Below are positions 1 through 10,773 of a stretch of DNA of 63,533 nt, piece after piece; the stretch's first letter is position 1, and each line of letters opens with the position of its first letter. Source of the DNA: a virus (lineage: Duplodnaviria > Caudoviricetes); IMG/VR virus record IMGVR_UViG_3300010157_000065, positions 1 to 63,533 of that record; one strand, given 5' to 3'. The notes under the pieces are model-generated. The model had not been told where the DNA came from, did no database searches, and saw only the letters and a program-made list of their open reading frames with translations. The translations under genes were made by a program, and so were the position numbers.

Positions 1-30
1 ATCACACCAGTCTTAGGTAGGTTTTTTAAT
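1..30. repeat. Terminal direct repeat (circular assembly overlap), left copy
   Basis: atcacacCagtcttaggtaggttttttaat matches 63504-63533 at 29/30 nt. Confidence 0.95.
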
Positions 31-107
31 CCTGGAGCAGGAAACCTCCAAAACTTCCACCACTCTAATAACATCGGATAATCTTCCTCAGTAAAATATC
101 TTGTCAT
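1..107 (-). CDS. N-terminal part of junction-spanning 125-aa protein (GNAT-like / T7 gp13-like internal virion protein A)
   Basis: ATG at 107 gives MTRYFTEEDYPMLLEWWKFWRFPAPGLKNLPKTGV and continues in frame into 63503..63233; promoter at 131-138; first gene of the ejection-protein operon. Confidence 0.75.
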   Translation of the reverse strand, partial: MTRYFTEEDYPMLLEWWKFWRFPAPGLKNLPKTGV

Positions 108-130
108 ATATTAAATTAAAATTAACTATG

Positions 131-138
131 CAAAGATA
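131..138 (-). promoter_or_regulatory. Bacteroidota -7 promoter element (TATCTTTG)
   Basis: TAnnTTTG consensus upstream of the ejection operon. Confidence 0.7.
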
Positions 139-144
139 ATGAAA

Positions 145-897
145 TTATTGAAACGACTTGAATACCTCTGTATTAACCGTAAATAGAGTGGCTTCATTAC
201 CGCTATCTATAGTTGTTAGCTTTATTGTTGCGTGGTTTCCTTTAAGACCATTGCTTTCGGCAGTAGGACTTTTAGCTACAAAATAAAAAGTATTAGCATC
301 TCCTTGATTTGTGAATGGATAAACTACTTCTATAGTTGTTGCACTAAAGTTTTGTACCCTCCCAATTTCAAGAGGTTCTCCATTTCCATCTAAAGTAAAT
401 AATGTATCGTCTGTAGATAAGAAAGAAGGTACTTCATCAAATTCATACAAACTTCCATCTACGTTAATAGAATTTCCAACACCTTGTATTGATAGGTGAG
501 TGAAGTCTAATATTGAAGAATCATTCCTACTTATCGTTGCGTAATGTTCTCCCTCTCTAGTATCAAAATTACCCCAATATATATGTCCGCTATCAAGATT
601 GGTCTCAACTTCTACATCCCATTTATTAGTATTGCTCTCTAATGATATTGTTTTAAAATGTTTTATATCACTAGGAGTTTGATTAAATGAAACTGTTACT
701 GATGATTCTTGAACTCCCATACTTCCAAAATCATTATAGAAATAATTTCTAGGTGCTGTTTCTGAGTGGTGTACATATAGTTGTCCTTTTTTAAAAGAAA
801 AGAAACTACGGTTAAGTCTAGTCATACACTCAGGGTTGTATCCCCAACGAGATGTCCAAGTATTTGTTTTTTCATCAAATGATAATGTCTCTGCCAT
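145..897 (-). CDS. Tail protein (C-terminal partner of tail stabilization protein)
   Basis: Beta-rich, TLSFDEKTNTWTSRW motif typical of propeller C-termini; follows the 1587-aa gene. Confidence 0.6.
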   Translation of the reverse strand: MAETLSFDEKTNTWTSRWGYNPECMTRLNRSFFSFKKGQLYVHHSETAPRNYFYNDFGSMGVQESSVTVSFNQTPSDIKHFKTISLESNTNKWDVEVETNLDSGHIYWGNFDTREGEHYATISRNDSSILDFTHLSIQGVGNSINVDGSLYEFDEVPSFLSTDDTLFTLDGNGEPLEIGRVQNFSATTIEVVYPFTNQGDANTFYFVAKSPTAESNGLKGNHATIKLTTIDSGNEATLFTVNTEVFKSFQ

Positions 898-934
898 TTT
901 TATTTCTTTTTTTCTTTTTCTTTTTCTTTATTTA

Positions 935-3900
935 TTAAGGACAATTCCCAACTTTAACTACATTTATTGTAGGCTCTATTATTGTTCTAGCGCAGAAGAA
1001 ATCTTCCACATAACCTGAAGTTCCATCTACACTTATTGATTGTACATTATTTGAAGTATCTACATATAGACAAGAATTAACACCTTCGCTACTATATATT
1101 TTATATTGCTTGTAGTATGCTTGATTACAACTTCCTAAATCTGTAATTGTTGCAGAAGGAGTTGAACTAGGTATTATAGAAGTTCCACAAAAGTTAGATG
1201 TAGATAATGCTAGAGTTAAAGACCTAAAAGATTTAATCCCATCACAATCTATATAGTCTATGGTTTCTACTTGATCTGGGTCTCCATAATCTACCCAATT
1301 TGCTCTAAAACTTCTACAGTCTACAAAGTCTCTCATATTTATATCGACTCTTATTAATTCAGAGCAACTTCCACTAGCTACAATATATTCAAAATAGTCA
1401 GGTAGATAATCATTGCCAGTGCTTAGGTAAGTAATAAGGTCTCCTATAACTTCAACTTCTCCAAGAGGAGGATATGTATCAATAGTTATAGTATATGGTG
1501 AGTTTACAAAAATATTATCTAACGCATTGAAGGTAAAACTTTCTTTTTGATTTATGTAATATAATTTGTTTTTAATGGTTGCATACACATCATCTATGTA
1601 ATCCCATACAATATATAATTTTGCGTTTAAATCTCCATCTCTATCAAATAGAAACTCAATGTAGTTGTCATCTCCATCTGTTGTTATAGCAGGATAAGAA
1701 GCTCTATCTCTTATTTGTTGAGCATCTAAAATATCTCTAGTTACTATATAACCTATTTTGTTACAAGAAGTAAATACTCCACTTATTTTACTAGAATAAA
1801 CTCTAATTGTAGAACCTTGAAATGGGATACCACCATCGGATTCATTTCCTACAATGGTTTCAAATCTAGTAAGACCAGAAGACTCAAATGTATCATCATT
1901 AGAATATTCCCCACTAAATCCATAAACAGAATCAGTCCAAGTGTATCTATTTCTCATAGACTTGTTGGCATCAGATAAATCATTTACAACTAATGAAACT
2001 ATTTCTAATTGAGGTGTCTCAGGAATAGTATTATATAATGAAATATTAACTACATCAGATAATGAATTGTTTGTGATATTCACTGTAATTATTTCTGCTG
2101 TAGTATTTTTAGTAAAGCTAAAGTTTCCTATTCCAGCCCTAGCTATACCATTATAAGTATCTCCATCAAACAATACTTCTATATCTAAATCATTATCGCA
2201 ATCGTAATCTATTATAAAATCTCCTACTTTTTTACCTGCATTTATTTCATAAGTATATGTATTATTTTTTAATATAGGTAAATTACTTAGTCTTTGATTA
2301 GGTTTAACTCTTGGAATAGCTAAAGTACGAGACTCTCCTGTAATTGAAAAAATATAGTTGTCATAAGAAGGGTCGTAACCTCCAGAGAAAAACTTTCCTT
2401 TATTTATTCTTAAATTATCTCTAAACCAATCTCTCATTCCGTATCTTGAGATAGGCTCTAAGCCATCAGGACCTAATCTTAAAATAGCCCCCCTTCTTTG
2501 GTCTGCAAAATAAATGTTATTAGCAAAATTAGAGAAACTCTCAGGGTCTAATCCTATTCCATATTCTCCAGAGAAAGGAATCTCTTGACCTAAAACATTT
2601 TCAACAGATGTTATTTGACCTCCTCCAACAGCATCAGAAAGTAAGTTTTTATTATAAAGAACTTTATGCACCTTATCTTCTTGAAAAACTATTAAATCCG
2701 TATCCCTTGAAAATATCTTTTGAATGCTTCCGTATTTATCATCTAAGTCTTTATAGTTTGCTCTTGATAGATTAAACTCATTTAAAGAGTTATAAACTGT
2801 GGTTTTATCATAACCTCCACTATAAGTCAAAGAAGATATATTCCTTCTTTCTTTATACTCATCTAATAAAACCGCATTAGGTCTTGTATTTGTAGATAGG
2901 AAGTTTGAAGAGAATAAATCCCTAACTCTATAACTCTCCGCACCATTTCCTTGAGTATAACAATTAAAAAAAGATAGATTTAATTTGGCAGGAGTGCTAG
3001 ACGTTTGGTCTTGGTCTCCATTATCAATTCCATTTGATAAATGATTACCATTAAGGTCTATTAGGTAAGTATCAGGTGTCTCATAGTAAACTTGAGATAC
3101 TTTATCTTTAGGTTCTGTTTCAAATATAAGAAGTTTTGCTGCATTTGTTATTGTTATATTAAACCACATCCTAGAAAAAGTCTGTCCATTACCAGCGTGT
3201 ATTCCATACCCTTCCATATACAATGCCCCATTAGGGTTTGGGGTATAAACAGTATATGGCTGACCAGCAAAATACTGAACTTGAGCAGTAAGTCTTAAAA
3301 AACCATAACCAAAAGGACCTAATCCATTTGCTTCACTTTGAAACCAACTTTGAAAATTAAGGTAATCATCTCCTACCGTATAACTTTTAGAATGAGTAGT
3401 CCGCTCAGCATTATCTCCAACAGCATTAAGAACATATATATCTATCTTACTTCCAGCCGTTATAGGAAAATCTTCATACAATCCAGTTGTTGCATTTAAT
3501 TTACTAAATGATGGAGTTAATCTAACTCCTGGTATTCCGCTAGTTTCACCATCGCTTATTTGTTGAAAATAAAGAGTGTTACTGGCTGAACTTTCGTTAA
3601 TTATTCCTCCAACATCTTTAAGTTTTATATAATTTCCAGCTATTTCAGTAGGTGTTCCCTCGATAAAATTTGAGAGTTGTTGTTTATATTCTAACACTTC
3701 TATCTTCTCTAAAACATCTAAAGGACCGTTTAAGTTTCTTTTAAGAATTAAGAAATCACCTTGCGCTACTTTATTTTTGTCTTGCCCTTCTAGTTTTATC
3801 CATACATTATTTTCTTCCTTATATTGCACAAGTCCATATATGGTTTGATAATCTAGTTTATTATCTTTTACAAAAATTTTATATTTAGTAGCCCAAATAG

Positions 3901-5698
3901 GAGCTTTATGATTTATTTGTAATTTTAAAGTATTCTTTGTTTTTGAATATGTTATAGGAATAAAATGATTGTTTGTTCCTGTTTGTTTTGCATTAGTTAT
4001 AACCGTAGAATATCTACCTTCAATATCTAAATAAACAATGCCAACCTCATAACTCCTATTACTTTTAACACTAGAATAAGCATTCCCATTTGATAAATTC
4101 GCATAAAGACTTCCATCAAATATAGAGAAATATTCTTGACGATAAATAGTTCCGACCTTATACTCTATGTATGGTATTTTAATTTTTATTTTATTAACTG
4201 ATGCAGATGGTAACACTTCAAATGGTTTGTATTTACCTGCATATAAAGGGTCTTCCCCTAAAGGAGCGTTACTTCCTGTTAAGTAATTTTTAAAGTTATT
4301 TGAAGCTATGTTTATGAAATTAGCAAACTCTGGAGATACTTGTAATGCTTCTGCATTTGTATAATTAGAGTCTATATATGTAAATAAAGAAAATACATAA
4401 TTTCCTCCATAATTATAAGGAGTTATTGGACTTGTGGCTCTAAAGTTTAATCCTAATACCTCTCCTGATTTAATGGGTAAATTTGTAAAATCTAACTCTA
4501 TTACGTTAAAAATAGTACTTGTAATTGGAGTTGTGTCGGTAGTAGTTACTGAATTAGATATTCTATTAGAAGGAAGTGTAGCTGAACTTAATGGATTGTT
4601 TACTGATGATAAATTATAATCTATTTTTATAAAAGCTCCAGAGTTATCTATTAAATCTCTACCTTCTACATAGTTTCCATATATTAATCTATTCCCAATG
4701 AAGTCTTGAGATTTTGCTTTAATAGGTACATTATCAAATAATCTATTAACCTCATCTTCTGGAAGCACTGAGTATATTTGATTGTTAGAGAATGTGTATG
4801 ATTGATTTACATTATTTGTCCATCCAGATTTCCATTTATTAAAAGTGTCAATTATCCAAATAGTATTACTATTACTCTCTTTAAATAATAGTTGAACATC
4901 TGTAACATTTTTATCTCCTGTATCGAATTTTATATTTACTGCATTAAATTTATTTACCATCCCAAGGTTTTCATTAGTTTGAAAATCTATTCTAAACTTA
5001 CCAGGGTAAAATTGTGGGTTTGAAAAAGTAGAGATAGCTGAATATTCTCCATCTAAATATTTCCATCTATAACCAAAAGAAAGGAATCTCTCTTTAATAT
5101 TATTTTCAAGACCACTTCCGTATATTGTTGGTGTGCATACAGGAGGGAAATGAGGTTGTACTTTATATAAGTTTATGTCTTTACTAGAAAATGTATCTGC
5201 TGAAGGAGATGCAGGTCCATATCCTTTTGCTCTATTAATATTTATACATCTAATAGGGTTTAAATCATCAGTCCAAACTAATAGCTTTTCTTTATTAAAT
5301 GAATTGTATATTACATTAGCTCCTGTTATTTTATAATTTTTTTTAAAATTTAATACATTTGTATAACCTCTGGTATCTTCTAAAACAGTAGACACAGTTC
5401 CTGCATTGTTTAATTGGTCGTACTCAAATATATAATTTCCTGTAGATGATGTTACAAACCAATAAATACATTCATTACCCTCATCAGTAACACTACCTAT
5501 TGTTTCAGAATCAGAAGGTATAAATACATTACTTATTTTATCAAGACCAAAAGAGTTTTGTACACTTCCAACTTGAGAACCCTCAGAATTTGAAACCAAT
5601 ACATTAAAAGCATCTATATATTCACCTTCAGGTATTAAACGGACATCAAAGTCCTTGTTCATTTTACCTTGTACAAAATTCTTTTTTAATTCACTCAT
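935..5698 (-). CDS. Tail stabilization / nozzle protein (P22 gp10-like), 1587 aa
   Basis: N-term NFxxGKMNKDxDxRLIPxGEYxDAxN, WTDDLNPIRCIN, GNRLIYGNY, YGIGLDPESF motifs; follows adaptor genes. Confidence 0.75.
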   Translation of the reverse strand: MSELKKNFVQGKMNKDFDVRLIPEGEYIDAFNVLVSNSEGSQVGSVQNSFGLDKISNVFIPSDSETIGSVTDEGNECIYWFVTSSTGNYIFEYDQLNNAGTVSTVLEDTRGYTNVLNFKKNYKITGANVIYNSFNKEKLLVWTDDLNPIRCININRAKGYGPASPSADTFSSKDINLYKVQPHFPPVCTPTIYGSGLENNIKERFLSFGYRWKYLDGEYSAISTFSNPQFYPGKFRIDFQTNENLGMVNKFNAVNIKFDTGDKNVTDVQLLFKESNSNTIWIIDTFNKWKSGWTNNVNQSYTFSNNQIYSVLPEDEVNRLFDNVPIKAKSQDFIGNRLIYGNYVEGRDLIDNSGAFIKIDYNLSSVNNPLSSATLPSNRISNSVTTTDTTPITSTIFNVIELDFTNLPIKSGEVLGLNFRATSPITPYNYGGNYVFSLFTYIDSNYTNAEALQVSPEFANFINIASNNFKNYLTGSNAPLGEDPLYAGKYKPFEVLPSASVNKIKIKIPYIEYKVGTIYRQEYFSIFDGSLYANLSNGNAYSSVKSNRSYEVGIVYLDIEGRYSTVITNAKQTGTNNHFIPITYSKTKNTLKLQINHKAPIWATKYKIFVKDNKLDYQTIYGLVQYKEENNVWIKLEGQDKNKVAQGDFLILKRNLNGPLDVLEKIEVLEYKQQLSNFIEGTPTEIAGNYIKLKDVGGIINESSASNTLYFQQISDGETSGIPGVRLTPSFSKLNATTGLYEDFPITAGSKIDIYVLNAVGDNAERTTHSKSYTVGDDYLNFQSWFQSEANGLGPFGYGFLRLTAQVQYFAGQPYTVYTPNPNGALYMEGYGIHAGNGQTFSRMWFNITITNAAKLLIFETEPKDKVSQVYYETPDTYLIDLNGNHLSNGIDNGDQDQTSSTPAKLNLSFFNCYTQGNGAESYRVRDLFSSNFLSTNTRPNAVLLDEYKERRNISSLTYSGGYDKTTVYNSLNEFNLSRANYKDLDDKYGSIQKIFSRDTDLIVFQEDKVHKVLYNKNLLSDAVGGGQITSVENVLGQEIPFSGEYGIGLDPESFSNFANNIYFADQRRGAILRLGPDGLEPISRYGMRDWFRDNLRINKGKFFSGGYDPSYDNYIFSITGESRTLAIPRVKPNQRLSNLPILKNNTYTYEINAGKKVGDFIIDYDCDNDLDIEVLFDGDTYNGIARAGIGNFSFTKNTTAEIITVNITNNSLSDVVNISLYNTIPETPQLEIVSLVVNDLSDANKSMRNRYTWTDSVYGFSGEYSNDDTFESSGLTRFETIVGNESDGGIPFQGSTIRVYSSKISGVFTSCNKIGYIVTRDILDAQQIRDRASYPAITTDGDDNYIEFLFDRDGDLNAKLYIVWDYIDDVYATIKNKLYYINQKESFTFNALDNIFVNSPYTITIDTYPPLGEVEVIGDLITYLSTGNDYLPDYFEYIVASGSCSELIRVDINMRDFVDCRSFRANWVDYGDPDQVETIDYIDCDGIKSFRSLTLALSTSNFCGTSIIPSSTPSATITDLGSCNQAYYKQYKIYSSEGVNSCLYVDTSNNVQSISVDGTSGYVEDFFCARTIIEPTINVVKVGNCP

Positions 5699-6573
5699 TA
5701 TTTAATCCAATTTGTTTGACCACGAAGAGATTGTAATATTTCATCATAACGAATATTCATCATTCTTATCTTGGTATTATTTCTTATTGCTCTAAATTCT
5801 GTCTTAGCTCTTTGAACTATATACTCTTGAACTCCATATTTGTTTGAGAGTATCTCATATTTAATGTACTGATATAAAAACTTCTCACATAATTTATTTA
5901 CTTTAATTTCATCCTCAGCTAAATCAGAGAGACCATCAGATACATATTCTATTACGATAGTTTTTGTTTTAACATCACTACTAAATCTTATAACCCCTAA
6001 GTTTTTATCTATAATAAATTTTCCATTTTGATTTGCTATTTTACCATCAATACCAAATCTACTTCCATACTGATACAAACTACCGCTATCGTATAAATTA
6101 TTTGATTTAGGATTAGCACTATTAATTTCTGTCATAGAAGTACCTTCTAAAGCATCTCCATTTTGATCAAACATTACGTTGTAGTTATTGTCTTGTAAGT
6201 AAGCAGTGGCTATTGTGCTTTGATTGTTTGTAACCATTGGTCTTAAATTACCATCATCATCTACCCAACTAATCCTAACATAGTTAATATAATCTTTAGG
6301 AAGTATCATTGTAAGGTTATCAGGAAGGTCTAACTCTAAAGCTTTAACTTCTTTTGCTACATCATAGTTTAATTCTTGCAAACCTCTCTTAGCGTGGAAT
6401 ATAACCTCATATCTTTTACAATCGCTTATTACTTTGTCATCTCCTACATACATTAAATAAAACTTATTTATAATGTCTTTTAAAAGTACATATTGATAGT
6501 TCCCCCAATTTTCATCTCTAGGTGAAGTACCTGCATTCTCATAGTATTGATAATCTGTTAAGTTATTACTCAT
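5698..6573 (-). CDS. Tail tubular / head-tail adaptor protein
   Basis: LPKDYINYVRI and EYVSDG motifs; position between capsid and tail genes. Confidence 0.65.
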   Translation of the reverse strand: MSNNLTDYQYYENAGTSPRDENWGNYQYVLLKDIINKFYLMYVGDDKVISDCKRYEVIFHAKRGLQELNYDVAKEVKALELDLPDNLTMILPKDYINYVRISWVDDDGNLRPMVTNNQSTIATAYLQDNNYNVMFDQNGDALEGTSMTEINSANPKSNNLYDSGSLYQYGSRFGIDGKIANQNGKFIIDKNLGVIRFSSDVKTKTIVIEYVSDGLSDLAEDEIKVNKLCEKFLYQYIKYEILSNKYGVQEYIVQRAKTEFRAIRNNTKIRMMNIRYDEILQSLRGQTNWIK

Positions 6574-6578
6574 ATATA

Positions 6579-7265
6579 TTATTGTTGCTGTTGTTTATCT
6601 TCTGCCTCAAATGCTGTTGCTGCTTGAACTATATCAGCTTCTCTTATGTTTAATCCTGCGTATTTTAAAATCTTCATTATAATCTCAAATTTATCATCAA
6701 AACCAATTTCTAAATCTTGGTATCCTGGAAGAGACTGATTAAATACAGGGTTATCGTTTATCACTGTGTATGTCCAGTTAGGGTCTTTAGGTGTTCTAAA
6801 ATAAGTTAAGAATACACCACTAATTATAGTTGAAGGGAATACTTTATAAGTATTTGCATATTTTATGTATGTTGGGTAAAATACACTATTCCCTGAGAAG
6901 TCATCTTGTAAATGATAGTTTAATTTATCTCTATCTAACAACTCTATCTCTCTTCCATTATATGTAAAATTAATAGTGGTGTACATATCGGAAGGTTGAT
7001 TGAATACTTGAGCCATTCCATCATAAGATAACTGAGTAGGTTGGCTAATAAACACATCCATATTCTCTCTGGTCTTTCTCAATATCTGCTTGTCATTTGC
7101 TCTAGCTACCCTAGATACAGATGCTTTGTTATATTCATAAAAGTAACCATCTACAATTTCTTGCTGTGCTTGCTTTGCAAATGTATTAAACTGTAAAGGA
7201 GTTATATAACCACGACTTTCTTTGTTAAGAATAAACCTAGTTATATTGTAAATATCGTTTATCAT
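6579..7265 (-). CDS. Head-tail adaptor / tail ring protein
   Basis: ILNKESRGYITPxQFNxFAxQAQ and YFRTPKDPNW motifs; synteny. Confidence 0.65.
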   Translation of the reverse strand: MINDIYNITRFILNKESRGYITPLQFNTFAKQAQQEIVDGYFYEYNKASVSRVARANDKQILRKTRENMDVFISQPTQLSYDGMAQVFNQPSDMYTTINFTYNGREIELLDRDKLNYHLQDDFSGNSVFYPTYIKYANTYKVFPSTIISGVFLTYFRTPKDPNWTYTVINDNPVFNQSLPGYQDLEIGFDDKFEIIMKILKYAGLNIREADIVQAATAFEAEDKQQQQ

Positions 7266-7282
7266 TTTTTATGTATTTTGTG

Positions 7283-7290
7283 CAAAGTTA
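7283..7290 (-). promoter_or_regulatory. -7 promoter element (TAACTTTG) for tail operon
   Basis: TAnnTTTG just past a terminator, upstream of ATG 7265. Confidence 0.65.
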
Positions 7291-7292
7291 CT

Positions 7293-7325
7293 AAAAAAAA
7301 AGCACCCCTATTGTAGAGGTGCTTT
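7293..7325 (-). terminator. Intrinsic terminator
   Basis: AAAGCACC...GGTGCTTT hairpin followed by a U-run on the minus strand. Confidence 0.8.
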
Positions 7326-7346
7326 GTATATAATACTTGATAGTTC

Positions 7347-8138
7347 TTAGTATAAACTATTTGAGATGTTGCTTAATACATCCATTCCTTCGTCAGTCAT
7401 AAAAAAAGAAGCCAATGCGCTATAAGCATTTTCACCAAAAGGAACAGTAATTATTTTACCACCTCCTTGACTCTCACTCCACGATACGTTTCTTCCATCA
7501 TTACTTAAAGCTATAATACCCATATCAACCGCTCTAATAGCAATATTTCTTAATTTCAAAGACTCATCATTAACTAATGACATCAACTCTTTAGGATTGT
7601 TTCTTGCATATAACAACATATCTCTTCTGATTTCAGATGATGTCATTCTATCTACTTTACCTTTCAATACCACTCTTGCTACAGCTTCAAGGTCTCCAAT
7701 AGGCATTTCTTTAACCGTAACCTGAGCATCTAATTGAGTTGTTAAAATATCATACTCTTCGTTTGCTACTTCTTCCGCATCAAACTCATAATACTTAACA
7801 TTTCTTGCAGGATGATAAAATGAAAGGAACTTTTGCAACTCTACATTTTCTTTAGTTACATATAACTTTCCATCTTCAAAAGTAATTGGAGGACAAATAG
7901 CATATCCATCTTGCTCATCTACAAATGGGGATTGTTGGTTATCACTCCATCTTAAAGCTCTATTGCTTTTCCCATCAAAGTACAAGAGGGGTCTGTTTTG
8001 AGTATGCTTTGTTTGTAGCATAAAAGTGATTGGAGTCTCATTACCTTTTAAAAGATATAGTCTATCTTTAACTTCAAAGTCGTTTACTGATGGTTTAGAA
8101 ACCACAGTAGGTTTTTTAGGGATTGCTTTAGTAGCCAT
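7347..8138 (-). CDS. Conserved virion-module protein downstream of MCP
   Basis: 263 aa, own promoter (8164-8171), directly after the capsid gene. Confidence 0.6.
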   Translation of the reverse strand: MATKAIPKKPTVVSKPSVNDFEVKDRLYLLKGNETPITFMLQTKHTQNRPLLYFDGKSNRALRWSDNQQSPFVDEQDGYAICPPITFEDGKLYVTKENVELQKFLSFYHPARNVKYYEFDAEEVANEEYDILTTQLDAQVTVKEMPIGDLEAVARVVLKGKVDRMTSSEIRRDMLLYARNNPKELMSLVNDESLKLRNIAIRAVDMGIIALSNDGRNVSWSESQGGGKIITVPFGENAYSALASFFMTDEGMDVLSNISNSLY

Positions 8139-8163
8139 ATTAAATTAAATTTTAAATTCTTTG

Positions 8164-8171
8164 CAAAATTA
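8164..8171 (-). promoter_or_regulatory. -7 promoter element (TAATTTTG)
   Basis: TAnnTTTG between MCP terminator and ATG 8138. Confidence 0.6.
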
Positions 8172-8201
8172 CATAAAATAATTATATGGTTTTTAAACAA
8201 T

Positions 8202-8232
8202 AAAAAAAGGGGAAGAAATTAATCCTCCCCTT
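8202..8232 (-). terminator. Intrinsic terminator after major capsid gene
   Basis: AAGGGGAGGA/TCTTCCCCTT hairpin plus U-run on the minus strand. Confidence 0.8.
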
Positions 8233-8253
8233 ATTATTAAAAGTCTTGTAAGA

Positions 8254-9666
8254 CTATAACAACATAAAGTTATTTGCTCCAAGAACTACTAAACATCTTT
8301 CAGATAAGAAGTTTACGCTCATGCTATCTACTTCACTATTAGTTGCTCCACCAGCAGAACCAATAATCCAAGATTTGTATTTACGGTCTTCAGTTTCAGA
8401 TTTTCTGTAACGAGTGTGTAAGAATGGTCTCTTAGCATTTTTACCTAATACTTGGTCGTATACGGTTAAAGTACCAGCAGGAACTAAAACTCCATTTACT
8501 GAGTTAATCAATCCACCAGTTGTAGCATCATTAAGATATTTCCAATCTGTTTTGTAGAAATCGTAACCTAAGTTAAATCCTTTAAATCCTAAATTTAATG
8601 CCATATCTTGCTCGTTGTCAAAAAGACCGTAAGAAGCTTGCATTACAGAAGAGTTAGAGATAGAAGCTAATACTTTATCAATATCAAAAGATAATTGACG
8701 ATTAACAAAAAGAACATTCTCTTGAATAGCTCCCTCTTTGTCTAAGATTTTGATAATGTTTTCAAGGTCTTCTCTCTCAGTAATTGTACCTGTTCCGATA
8801 TTACCTCTGTTTCTGATTTCGTAGAATAAACCTTTAGTACCTTTGTAACCTTGTCCTAAAGCAGCAGAACTAGCTACAGCAGGCTCACCTTCAATCATAG
8901 AAGTTTCTAAGTAATCTTCAAAACGTAAACGAGTTTCGTGCTCTGATTTTAAATACCACAAGTAACCTGTAGCACCATTTTCAGTTGTAACTTCAATCCA
9001 TCCGATTTGAGCCATATCTGAACCACTAACCTCGTATTTATCTTTGATAATAATTGGAGTGGTATCTAAGATTTGAGATTCAGCTTCGTTTGAACCAACC
9101 ATACCAGCAGATCCTTTTATAAACTCAGAACCATACACAAAAAATCTTAATGCAGATGCAGTAGCGGACAAAGCAGATATGTTAGCAGCAGAGTAAGCAT
9201 CTACAGTAATAACATCACCTCCAGCATTTACGCTTCTAACTATAGCTTTAATAGTAACGCCAGCAGTGTCTCTAATAATAATAGTTTGATTAGCTCTTAC
9301 GGCAGGGTATTTAGTTTGAGAACCTGAACCTGTTGAAGGTTGAACTATGCTTTGGTTAGAATCAAAAGTAATTTGGTTTGTACCTGTTTTAGTACCTGTT
9401 CCAAATATGTGAAGACGACCTTGCTCACTCCATTTAATCATATCTGAAGTAGAAGGCATTTCAGCTCCTACCATTCTCAAGAATGATGCAACAGAACGAT
9501 TACCAAATCTTTCAAATTCTTTTTCATAAAGATCTGGAAGTTCGTGTGATAAGAAGTCAAATGTACCTACATAGTTTGTATTTAGTGTTGTTTTGACTGG
9601 CGCAGGAGTCAATAATGGTGCTCCTGTAATTGTGTTCGATGTAAAATTTGCAGTATTTAATGCCAT
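8254..9666 (-). CDS. Major capsid protein
   Basis: 470 aa; YEKEFERFGNRS, WSEQGRLH, DFYKTDWKYLND, FLSERCLVVLGANNF; after scaffold and followed by a terminator. Confidence 0.85.
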   Translation of the reverse strand: MALNTANFTSNTITGAPLLTPAPVKTTLNTNYVGTFDFLSHELPDLYEKEFERFGNRSVASFLRMVGAEMPSTSDMIKWSEQGRLHIFGTGTKTGTNQITFDSNQSIVQPSTGSGSQTKYPAVRANQTIIIRDTAGVTIKAIVRSVNAGGDVITVDAYSAANISALSATASALRFFVYGSEFIKGSAGMVGSNEAESQILDTTPIIIKDKYEVSGSDMAQIGWIEVTTENGATGYLWYLKSEHETRLRFEDYLETSMIEGEPAVASSAALGQGYKGTKGLFYEIRNRGNIGTGTITEREDLENIIKILDKEGAIQENVLFVNRQLSFDIDKVLASISNSSVMQASYGLFDNEQDMALNLGFKGFNLGYDFYKTDWKYLNDATTGGLINSVNGVLVPAGTLTVYDQVLGKNAKRPFLHTRYRKSETEDRKYKSWIIGSAGGATNSEVDSMSVNFLSERCLVVLGANNFMLL

Positions 9667-9694
9667 TTTAAATTTGTTTTAATGTTTGTTTGTT

Positions 9695-10744
9695 TTATTT
9701 TTTCCTAATTCGTAAACCACCATCAAAATCATCATTACTCATTACTCTCATTTTAGGACCATCACTATTATTTGTAACTTCTTTAGAATCTCTAACATTC
9801 ATATCAATGTTTTTCATTCCTTTAATCACATTATTAGTAGAATCTGCTTTACCTTGTTCATAAAAAAACTTAGCAAAACCATCTGGGTCTCTAAACATAG
9901 CCAAAGCTTTGTGATAACTATGAGCGTCTTTCAACACTCCATTCTCATCTAAATGTTTTTGAATCACCGAAGATATATCTGATTGAACCGTTTTGGTTTC
10001 ATTTACATCTTTAGGTTTATAAACTTGTTTTTTATCTCCTAAGTTAAATTCAAATCCTTTGAACTCGTTAGAAAATAACTGCGAAGTTTTATCATCAAAC
10101 ACTTTTGCTTTAGCTTGAGCAATTTGCTCCGCTTGTTTTGATTGTGTTTCATATTCTTGATAGAAACTAAATGCTTTTTTATAATCTTCTGTAACTTCAG
10201 CTGCTTTAGACCCTAAATCAACCTTATATTGTTCCTTCAGACCATTTAGATACTCTTTAGCTCTAAACAATTCTTCTTTTAAAGCCACCTGCTTTTTTTT
10301 AATTTCTCTGTCGTCATCAATTTCTTCATCAAAAGAATATTCTTCTTCTAGTAAGTAATCAATATCAGCATCGTCAAGATGTGGCTTTGTTTGTTTGTAG
10401 TACTCTTTTAATGTTTCAGTACTATTTGCTTTATCCCAGTCTTTGTTAATTTTAATGTAGTTGTCTACACCATACTCCATTAACTTTTTTACATCCTCTG
10501 GAAGCTCAGCTTGTTTTTCATTCTGTGTAAGAACTTCGTCTAATGACTGGTATTCTTTTTGATACCTATCTTTTAAATAATTAAGGACTCTAGCATCGTC
10601 AATATCATTTACTACAGGTTCAACTACATCTTCATTCGTACTCTCATCTTTTAAACCATTTTCAAAATCTGCTTGAATCTGTGCTTCTTGCTCTTGAATT
10701 GAAGCTGGTTCTTCAGCATCAACTACTTTAAATGTCATTCCCAT
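9695..10744 (-). CDS. Capsid scaffolding protein
   Basis: Acidic, helical, FAKFFYEQGKAD motif; between portal and MCP. Confidence 0.75.
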   Translation of the reverse strand: MGMTFKVVDAEEPASIQEQEAQIQADFENGLKDESTNEDVVEPVVNDIDDARVLNYLKDRYQKEYQSLDEVLTQNEKQAELPEDVKKLMEYGVDNYIKINKDWDKANSTETLKEYYKQTKPHLDDADIDYLLEEEYSFDEEIDDDREIKKKQVALKEELFRAKEYLNGLKEQYKVDLGSKAAEVTEDYKKAFSFYQEYETQSKQAEQIAQAKAKVFDDKTSQLFSNEFKGFEFNLGDKKQVYKPKDVNETKTVQSDISSVIQKHLDENGVLKDAHSYHKALAMFRDPDGFAKFFYEQGKADSTNNVIKGMKNIDMNVRDSKEVTNNSDGPKMRVMSNDDFDGGLRIRKK

Positions 10745-10773
10745 AATGTATTTGTATTAAATTAAATTTTTTG

